Positions 28,272-34,656 of a stretch of 34,656 bases of DNA are shown here, in pieces (position 1 is the stretch's first letter; each line of letters begins with the position of its first letter). Under the pieces are notes generated by a model. It worked only from the letters and a program-made list of their open reading frames with translations, had not been told where the DNA came from and ran no database searches. Both the position numbers and the translations under genes were made by a program. The stretch spans positions 1 to 34,656 of IMG/VR virus record IMGVR_UViG_3300037467_002124; one strand, written 5' to 3'. This DNA comes from a virus. Taxonomy: Duplodnaviria; Caudoviricetes.

Positions 28272-28919
28272 GTGAGTAAAAAAGTAAATAAAAAACAACA
28301 AGATGTAAATGAATTAGTAGAGGCAGTAAGTGTAAATGAAATGATAAATGATGTATTTTCAGATTTTGGTAATGACGCAATGATTATAGATCAACCAAAA
28401 GAAGAGGCGGTAGCTGAAGTTGCAGTTGAAGAAACAAAAACTGAAAAGCCAGTAAAAGCAAAAAAGGAACCAAAAGCAAAAAAAGAGAAAAAGGTAAAAG
28501 TTGAAAAGAAAGAACCAAAAGAAAAGAAAGTAAAAGTGAAAAAAGGACCTGTACCGCATGAGTTTATTACGGACCCAAGTTCAATTACAGACCCAAGCGC
28601 ACGTGAAAAGGTTGCCGATTTAGGTACAAAACCAGACCGTATCAATGAGGTAGCATTAACAGATAAACAAAAGTTACCAAGTGAGCGCTGGAGATTGTTC
28701 GTGATTAAAAGCAACGGTATTATTTCACTAGGCGTAGATGAGCGTAAAACAAACCACAAAAAAGAACGTGTTAGTTGCGTGTACACAACGGATGTCATTG
28801 ATGAAACCGGTTTACCGATTTTCAGTGACAAGGATAAAAAAGAAATACCTAACTTTGTAATTCAGATGGCTGTTAAGTATATAAATGAAAACAAGGATTT
28901 ATTTGAAAAAGCTGAATAA
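28272..28919 (+). CDS. Hypothetical protein with a Lys/Glu-rich low-complexity linker
   Basis: KTEKPVKAKKEPKAKKEKKVKVEKKEPKEKKVKVKK; AAGGGGG RBS; terminator at 28923-28948. Confidence 0.8.
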   Translation: MSKKVNKKQQDVNELVEAVSVNEMINDVFSDFGNDAMIIDQPKEEAVAEVAVEETKTEKPVKAKKEPKAKKEKKVKVEKKEPKEKKVKVKKGPVPHEFITDPSSITDPSAREKVADLGTKPDRINEVALTDKQKLPSERWRLFVIKSNGIISLGVDERKTNHKKERVSCVYTTDVIDETGLPIFSDKDKKEIPNFVIQMAVKYINENKDLFEKAE

Positions 28920-29027
28920 GGATAGCGCCCGGTTGGGCGTTATTTTTGTTTTGCGAACTTTATATATAAGTTTTAACCTAGTCCAAAAATATCATTTATA
29001 CTAAAAGTATGAAAGGGGTTGATGTTT

Positions 29028-29255
29028 ATGAATATCAATAAAAATGTTATGGGATGGGCAACGCTAGATTCAAAAGGTGAACGCAACTTACATATTTGCG
29101 GTTTCGATTCAAAAAATGAGCGCCTTGTACTAGTACAGAGCAATAAAAATATGAAGTCAAGATGGTTAAAAATACAGTGGGATGAAAAAGGGTTTTTTGT
29201 AAAAGCAGACGGTGATAAGCATTACTTTTTACACTACATAAAGGATGGTGAATAA
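29028..29255 (+). CDS. Hypothetical protein
   Basis: AAAGGGG RBS; cassette promoter. Confidence 0.75.
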   Translation: MNINKNVMGWATLDSKGERNLHICGFDSKNERLVLVQSNKNMKSRWLKIQWDEKGFFVKADGDKHYFLHYIKDGE

Positions 29256-29257
29256 CT

Positions 29258-29572
29258 ATGAAACTATTAACGAAAGATATTGAAAAAAGATTGCCAAAGT
29301 TTTATTCAACCGGCGATTTGAAAGGCAAGGAAAAGATTGCGCAGGTTAAGTTTTTCAGCTGCTGGATGCCTATGACGTGGTACGGCGTTGAATACGATTC
29401 TGATAGCCGTTTATTTTTTGGTTACGTTGAAAACCACGCAGAACCGCACTTTAGCGAATGGGGTTATTTTAGCCTAGATGAGTTTGAAGAAATAAACGCT
29501 GAAAAAGGTTTTTACATTATAGAGCGTGACCTTCACTTTACACCCGCTAAAATTAGCGATTTGACTGATTAA
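29258..29572 (+). CDS. DUF2958 family protein
   Basis: VKFF...TWY..EYD....FFGYV...EWGYFSLDE...IERDLHF. Confidence 0.85.
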   Translation: MKLLTKDIEKRLPKFYSTGDLKGKEKIAQVKFFSCWMPMTWYGVEYDSDSRLFFGYVENHAEPHFSEWGYFSLDEFEEINAEKGFYIIERDLHFTPAKISDLTD

Positions 29573-29788
29573 CAAGCATTAGAGGCGCATAGCAGCGCCT
29601 TTTTGCTGTATTATAACAGTGTTACGGAAACAATCCGGTCAAATACGCCTTTTTATTTTACCGGTATTTATGTTTTTACGTAAAAACATAAAAATAAACG
29701 TTTTACATCTGCGAATTTTGTATTTTATTTTAAACCAAATCTATTTTTGCGTGGTAATATTAGTATATGAAAGGTAGGTGGGTTTGAG

Positions 29789-30055
29789 ATGACAACCAAT
29801 GAATTGATTATAGATTTTTTAGCAGGTGAAAAGAGCGGCAAGGCGAGCGGTGGGCGATTATATATTAAAGATGACGTACATAGTACAGCGCTTGTTAATT
29901 ATACGACTGTTATTGCTAGATTAAAAGGTAAGACATTACGTGTTACGGAAAAGTATTATTCAAAGACTACGAAAAAACATATTAATTTACTTATTAAAGA
30001 GTGCAATAAATTTCACAGTATTGACGTTATAGAGTTAACAGATGGTGAGGTTTAA
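29789..30055 (+). CDS. Conserved phage hypothetical protein
   Basis: LVNYTTVIA...YSKTTKKH pattern; own promoter and terminator. Confidence 0.75.
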   Translation: MTTNELIIDFLAGEKSGKASGGRLYIKDDVHSTALVNYTTVIARLKGKTLRVTEKYYSKTTKKHINLLIKECNKFHSIDVIELTDGEV

Positions 30056-30156
30056 GATTTGGGGCGGTTGCCCCTTTTTATTTTGCGAATTTTATATAAA
30101 AATATAAATTTTATCCAAAAATATATGTTATATTTATCAAAAGGTAGGTGAAAACT

Positions 30157-30498
30157 ATGAAAAAATATGAAGTAATTGAGATTTTAAACGTTGATTTTGA
30201 TGTTGAAGATGAATTTTGTAGAGTGTACATTGATGTGAATTATAAACTTAAAGGTATAAACCAGATGTTAACAACACAGCTTGAAATGTACGCAGATACT
30301 GAAACTGAGTTTACCGCTGTGGATGATATGCTTGGCGTTATTGCTAAAATAGATGATTTTGGCTTTGCCGATTACTTCAAAAAAGCTGATGACTTTACGC
30401 CAATGGAAGAGAATTACATAGTTGCGCAGTTAAAGCGCAAGGTTTGCGATTATTTAACCGGTGATTTTAAAAAGTATAGATTAAATTTGTTATTTTAG
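30157..30498 (+). CDS. Acidic hypothetical protein, paralog of 32341..32805
   Basis: Shared YKLKG, YIVAQL and terminal RLxxLF. Confidence 0.8.
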   Translation: MKKYEVIEILNVDFDVEDEFCRVYIDVNYKLKGINQMLTTQLEMYADTETEFTAVDDMLGVIAKIDDFGFADYFKKADDFTPMEENYIVAQLKRKVCDYLTGDFKKYRLNLLF

Positions 30499-30599
30499 GC
30501 GCAAAAGCGCCTTTTTACTTCCCCGAACTTTTTACACCAATATTAACACAGTCTAAAGCGTGCTGGTATTATAAGGCTATGAAAGGGGTTGAGTAAACT

Positions 30600-30911
30600 A
30601 TGAATAATAACGAAACATTAACAAATGATGAATTACTAGATTTATACCGTGCTGAACACGGTTGTGAGTGTGAAAACCACGTAGATATTAAAACATATAA
30701 AAAATGGGCGGATGAAGGTTTTAAGGTGAAAAAGGGCGAAAAGGCGATACGCCTACATGCCGTTATTGATTACAATAAGAAAGACGCAAGTGGCAACGTG
30801 TTAGTTAAAGATGGTAAACCGGTCACTGGAACGTTTGTGAAACAGTTTAAGGCGTGCGTATTTTGTAGATGCCAAGTTGAGGCGAAAGGGGATGAGGTAA
30901 ATGACAAGTAA
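30600..30911 (+). CDS. ArdC-like N-terminal ssDNA-binding domain protein
   Basis: TYKKW...GFKVKKGEKAI...VF...QV signature. Confidence 0.75.
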   Translation: MNNNETLTNDELLDLYRAEHGCECENHVDIKTYKKWADEGFKVKKGEKAIRLHAVIDYNKKDASGNVLVKDGKPVTGTFVKQFKACVFCRCQVEAKGDEVNDK

Positions 30912-30993
30912 GTTAGTAAAAATGCTTGAAGATCAAATAAAATTATTAGATGAACTCAAAAAAGCGATTGATAAGGCAGGTGAAACCAGATGA
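30901..30993 (+). CDS. 30-aa peptide (absent from the ORF track)
   Basis: GAGGT RBS; overlaps both neighbours. Confidence 0.55.
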   Translation: MTSKLVKMLEDQIKLLDELKKAIDKAGETR

Positions 30994-31100
30994 TGATTAG
31001 AACCGGTAATGAATTTATAGATATGGCAATACCAACTTTAGGTATTATTTTAATGCTTATTGTGCTTATAAAAGATATAAAAGATGGTGATAAAAAATGA
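30990..31100 (+). CDS. 36-aa single-TM peptide (absent from the ORF track)
   Basis: AGGTG RBS; ATGA overlap; IPTLGIILMLIVLI. Confidence 0.6.
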   Translation: MMIRTGNEFIDMAIPTLGIILMLIVLIKDIKDGDKK

Positions 31101-31216
31101 TATATGTGATACTTCAGATTGTTTTAGGTATTATGCTGATATTTGCCATTAGAGGTGTAATAGTTTCAATGAAAGAGTATGAGCAGGCATTAAAAGAGAA
31201 TACAAAGGAAAAATAA
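31097..31216 (+). CDS. 39-aa single-TM peptide (absent from the ORF track)
   Basis: GGTGA RBS; ATGA overlap; terminator follows at 31218-31237. Confidence 0.6.
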   Translation: MIYVILQIVLGIMLIFAIRGVIVSMKEYEQALKENTKEK

Positions 31217-31317
31217 CACGCCCATTAGGGCGTTTTTCATTCTCCGAATTTTATATATTATTTCAAACACAGTCCAAAATATTACTATATACTAAAGGCA
31301 TGAAAGGGGTTGATACT

Positions 31318-31725
31318 ATGAAAAATTTTACAGTGGAAGAGTTACTTGAAGAGATTAAGCATGTAGATGAAAAGGTTTATCAAAAAGTGCGTTTACCGAT
31401 TTTAATGAATGATAACGGTATTACAGATAAAATTCTAAAAAACTTTAAATTAATAGATACATATATTTTAATTGAGGGCGCAAGGGAATATTATGGAGAA
31501 GATAAATTAGCTGATAAGTTTTTAGAATATGCTGCTAACAATGATTATAGAATTTGGGAAGATGCATACACGCTTGCCCGTGAATATGTACGTGACCAGA
31601 TGGATACTAACACGTTTGATTTAGTTGAAGGCTATATGAATTTTGAAGAATTGGGCTGTGATTTAGTCAATAATTGGGATGTAGTTGAGCTTGGTAGCGG
31701 ACCGGTAATTGAATTTTTCGGATGA
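31318..31725 (+). CDS. ArdA-like antirestriction (DNA-mimic) protein
   Basis: Very acidic; DYRIWED...AREYV...GYMNFEELGCDL...G.VIEF resembles the ArdA C-terminal YxDYExxGRDL domain. Confidence 0.7.
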   Translation: MKNFTVEELLEEIKHVDEKVYQKVRLPILMNDNGITDKILKNFKLIDTYILIEGAREYYGEDKLADKFLEYAANNDYRIWEDAYTLAREYVRDQMDTNTFDLVEGYMNFEELGCDLVNNWDVVELGSGPVIEFFG

Positions 31726-32164
31726 CCCCCAAGTTTGAACCCTTCGGATGACCGGAGGGTATTTTTTAGCAGCGTGCAATCTTCGAACTTAATTTATATT
31801 TTTCATCATAATCTATATTTTTGCTGTATTATATAAATATGAAAGGGGTTGATGTTGTGGTATTAAAGATGGTATTTATGGTTCAAGATCAAATTTCAGT
31901 GTATTTTAACCTTGACGGATATGATTACAAAGCGGAGTACCTTTACGGTGAATTTCAATGTTTTACCGTTTTAGAGTATGATATGGATGAAGGTGAGCAG
32001 ATAAATTTAAAACAACGCCTATACGAAGATGAAGCGTTGATGAAGTGCCTTCAAAACATAGTGGATACGGTCATTTTCAGTAAGTAGCGCAGCGATGCGC
32101 TTTTTTTTCATATACACGCCGCGCAGCGCCCAGGATTTCCGACGATCTAAAAAATTCGGATAAT
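31725..32164 (+). repeat. Bipartite fixed-length element, copy 2 (motif A 31725-31773; motif B 32119-32164)
   Basis: ACCCCCAAG-N20-GGAGGGTATTTTTT ... CCCAGGATTTCCGACGATCTAAAAAA. Confidence 0.85.
31857..32087 (+). CDS. Acidic hypothetical protein inside element copy 2
   Basis: Cassette promoter, AAAGGGG RBS before GTG 31857, terminator at 32086-32108. Confidence 0.75.
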   Translation: MVLKMVFMVQDQISVYFNLDGYDYKAEYLYGEFQCFTVLEYDMDEGEQINLKQRLYEDEALMKCLQNIVDTVIFSK

Positions 32165-32340
32165 ACCTAAAAACTCCCGATGTAAAAAGTAAATCTTTAA
32201 AAACTGCCGTTTAGATTTTAAAATTTTACTCTGTATCTTCTATAAATCTACTGGTATCATTCTAAATCTACGAATATTTTAAACGGGTTTTAACACAATC
32301 TAACACGCTGTATTATACTATAACAAAGGGGGTGGCTTAC

Positions 32341-32805
32341 GTGGAATATACGCAAAAAGATATATTTAATATGAGTGAAGATAAAGTTTTAGATTTATTG
32401 CGCAGTTTTGGGTTTAAAGGATTTTCACCATACCGCACCACATTTCATTGGCAAAGAAGATTGATAAGTGAGATGAAAAAAGCGGGTAAAATTAAGATGA
32501 AATTTTATGAATTAGATGACATTATTGAGTTTGAAACTTGGGATAGTTATAGCGGCAACGGTAAACAAGATATAAATATTATTTATAAATTAAAAGGTAA
32601 ATATGAGATTTTTACAACGGCATTTTGTTTTTATTCAGATAGCGGGTGGCAGCCTATGGGGGATGTGTTTGACGCGATTAGTATTCATATACCTTTTGAT
32701 GAACCGGAGTATTTACCTAATGAATACTTATGCTGTGATGAGATACGCTATATTGTGGCGCAACTGATGAAACACTCAAAAGTTCGATTACATTTCTTAT
32801 TTTAG
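32341..32805 (+). CDS. Hypothetical protein, paralog of 30157..30498 with an N-terminal extension
   Basis: AAAGGGGG RBS before GTG 32341; shared motifs. Confidence 0.8.
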   Translation: MEYTQKDIFNMSEDKVLDLLRSFGFKGFSPYRTTFHWQRRLISEMKKAGKIKMKFYELDDIIEFETWDSYSGNGKQDINIIYKLKGKYEIFTTAFCFYSDSGWQPMGDVFDAISIHIPFDEPEYLPNEYLCCDEIRYIVAQLMKHSKVRLHFLF

Positions 32806-33016
32806 GCGCTAATGTGCGCCTTTTTGCTTGGGGCGGGCGACTCCGGCTGCACCGAGATACCAACGCATGCGCTCCGCCTTTTTATTTCACACCTTCAACC
32901 GTAAACACACGCCAAACACCGATCACCCGTATTTGTATCTACCGTACGAACATTTTTCAGAAACCGCTTGACAAATCCGCCCCCATATTTATATTGCGCT
33001 TAAAGGGGGTGGCGGT

Positions 33017-33157
33017 ATGTTATTATTGCTATTAGGATTGTTTTTAATTGTTATATTTTGGAGTGTTGGGGCGGTTTTACTGTTTTATGTGCTTATAGGA
33101 TACCTTGCGTTATCTGTCATTATCAGTATACTGCGTGCTATATTCAAAAGGGCGTAG
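33017..33157 (+). CDS. 46-aa extremely hydrophobic membrane peptide (absent from the ORF track)
   Basis: TTGACA promoter, AAAGGGGG RBS, terminator at 33147-33175; MLLLLLGLFLIVIFWSVGAVLLFYVLIGYLALSVIISILRAIFKRA. Confidence 0.75.
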   Translation: MLLLLLGLFLIVIFWSVGAVLLFYVLIGYLALSVIISILRAIFKRA

Positions 33158-33266
33158 GTTGGATACGCCTTTTTTGCGTGCAAAACAAATTTCCGCGATG
33201 ACAAAGTAATTCTACAATTTTTATATTTTGGTGCTATATTGTAGCTATGAAAGGGGTTGGTTAACT

Positions 33267-33629
33267 ATGAGTAATTTAGTAATTAGAGATTATAAATTTG
33301 AAGTTGAGGAGAAACACGTGTTTGTGACACGTGGTAGAACAGTGTTTTCGGTGCATTTTAAGCCAGTAGGTTACGATTTGGGTACATATAGTTATTTTGA
33401 ATTTAGTTTTAGGATTGAAAATGATGAAGTAAAACCTGCTTGGTATGGATACAGTGTTTACGGCTTTACAACAAAAGGTAGATACCGTGTTTACAAAAAT
33501 GAAAAGTGGCAGGAGATTGGTTTATTGCTTGCGCAGTGGCATTTTGACAAAAATAGATTGCTTTATATCACCGGTAGCCTACCAACGTCAAAATACGATG
33601 CAATTGATGAAATGTTAAAACAGGCGTAA
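33267..33629 (+). CDS. Hypothetical protein
   Basis: Cassette promoter, RBS and terminator (33622-33644). Confidence 0.75.
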   Translation: MSNLVIRDYKFEVEEKHVFVTRGRTVFSVHFKPVGYDLGTYSYFEFSFRIENDEVKPAWYGYSVYGFTTKGRYRVYKNEKWQEIGLLLAQWHFDKNRLLYITGSLPTSKYDAIDEMLKQA

Positions 33630-33902
33630 TAGATACGCCTTTTTGCTGCATAGTGGCGGATACACTTTGTGCTAGAACGCCATTTTTATGCACCGGTCAA
33701 TATTATTTGACACCGCAAACGGCTAACTTGCCCATTTGCCCCTTTTCCGTGTAGATAACGTAATATCTGGCGCCATATTTCAGGCTTATTTTTGACGCTT
33801 GGGGCGGGTAAACGCTAAATGCAATCCCCGAATATTTTGCATTATTTTTAACACGCTCTAAAAATTTCATTTATATTGTAGTTATGAAAGGGGTTGGTTA
33901 CT

Positions 33903-34157
33903 ATGCTAACAAATATATTATTATTAGGAATGTTTTATTTTGGAAACGGTTATTCACTGCCGTACAGCGATACTTATGTTATTTCACATCAGGATTATAA
34001 AGCGGTTGAAGGTGATAGTTTAACAGATGGCGGTAATTCAGGCGTTTTCCTTGACGGCAACTATGCAAAGGGGTTAATGAACGGGGATGTGGTGAAGGTT
34101 ACGTATTTAAGGGATGACGTGATTATAGATGTTAAGTATTTGGGGGAGGCGCAATGA
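33903..34157 (+). CDS. Small protein with a hydrophobic N-terminus (possibly exported)
   Basis: Cassette promoter, RBS and terminator (34148-34167). Confidence 0.75.
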   Translation: MLTNILLLGMFYFGNGYSLPYSDTYVISHQDYKAVEGDSLTDGGNSGVFLDGNYAKGLMNGDVVKVTYLRDDVIIDVKYLGEAQ

Positions 34158-34200
34158 GCGCCTTTTTACCGGCATACCCCAATCGCAAAATGCAACATTT

Positions 34201-34638
34201 ACCCCCCAAGTTTAAATCTAGCGCAAAGGTGGAGGGTGTTTTTCTAGCGGTGCTGCGATAGCAGGTAAATCCGTCGGTAGCGTAGCATCATATATGCCGA
34301 TAAATCTTCCGCTGTCATATGTAAATTTAAGCAAGCCTAACGGCTTTGAAACACGGCTCTGCTTCGCATATTTGCACCGGTAAATCCGCTATAAGCACGC
34401 AGCATAGGCGGCTATGTCAGATTGGCAAACGGCGTTGCTAACCCCAGTATGATAACGCTATGAAGCGGTAAAACGTTTTATCCGGATAGGCAACATATAA
34501 GCACGGCTCTAAAAACGCATTGGTGGCGTTTGGTGACAGATACATAAATTTAATCTGCATATGCTAACTTATACGCAAACATCTAACTTACGCGCCGCAC
34601 CGCCCAGGAAATCCGACGATCTAAAAAAATCGCATTAT
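34201..34638 (+). repeat. Bipartite fixed-length element, copy 3 (motif A 34201-34250; motif B 34595-34638)
   Basis: ACCCCCCAAG-N20-GGAGGGTGTTTTT ... CCCAGGAAATCCGACGATCTAAAAAA. Confidence 0.85.
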
Positions 34639-34656
34639 AGGCTTAAACTCCGCTTA

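Larger units (their letters stand above)
28954..33877 (+). promoter_or_regulatory. Family of repeated early promoters, CGAA starts at 28954, 29712, 30086, 30524, 31245, 31784, 32271, 32947, 33829 (variant without CGAA at 33211)
   Basis: CGAA-N15-(TTAACA-like)-N18-(TATACT/TATATT-like); 43 bp from CGAA to the -10 in every copy. Confidence 0.85.
29583..34167 (+). terminator. Family of related intrinsic terminators (29583, 30061, 30497, 31218, 32086, 32804, 33147, 33622, 34148)
   Basis: Mostly AGGCG-loop-CGCCTTTTT, at or overlapping each cassette stop codon. Confidence 0.8.

Noticed and set aside
28359-28831. Phe-rich - strand ORFs
   Set aside because: Antisense read of the Lys/Glu-rich gene.
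32814-33035. ORF-track 73-aa ORF
   Set aside because: Starts inside a terminator and spans a promoter; the RBS-led gene is 33017..33157.
28954-33840. CGAAC as LexA/DinR SOS boxes
   Set aside because: Only half-sites; the GTTC half of GAAC-N4-GTTC is missing.
27322-34250. Motif A as a CRISPR-like repeat-spacer or guide array
   Set aside because: Copies are kilobases apart, the 20-21 nt middles look partly related to each other, and no cas genes are present (the Cas4-like exonuclease is a usual replication gene).

Overview
This window is part of an AT-rich tailed-phage genome, most likely infecting Bacillus or a relative (GGAGG/AAAGGGG ribosome-binding sites, sigmaA-like promoters, an EndoA-like MazF). 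It has two divergent halves. Bases ~1-22350 on the - strand form a dense DNA replication, recombination and nucleotide-metabolism operon: a replication HTH protein, DnaC-like loader, DnaB-like helicase, primase, sigma factor, orphan MazF, SSB, family A polymerase, nucleases, RuvC-like resolvase, class II NrdJ, PhoH, dUTPase, ThyX and two HNH endonucleases. Bases ~22900-34656 on the + strand form an accessory/early region of small genes, mostly packaged as promoter-RBS-ORF-terminator cassettes; it includes an amino-type DNA methyltransferase and ArdA-like, ArdC-like and DUF2958 proteins. The main non-coding signals are: (1) a bipartite element repeated three times, whose two conserved motifs lie 382-385 bp apart around unrelated contents; (2) a phage-type promoter TGCAC-N16-CGTTAAAT that also precedes the sigma gene; (3) a family of early promoters with rigid geometry and a shared ATGAAAGGGGTTG leader; (4) an ORF-less ~110-nt transcription unit carrying the antisense of that leader; and (5) a structured leader before the SSB gene. 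I saw no structural genes, integrase, tRNA, rRNA or CRISPR array. All family assignments come from motif recognition by eye, not database searches.
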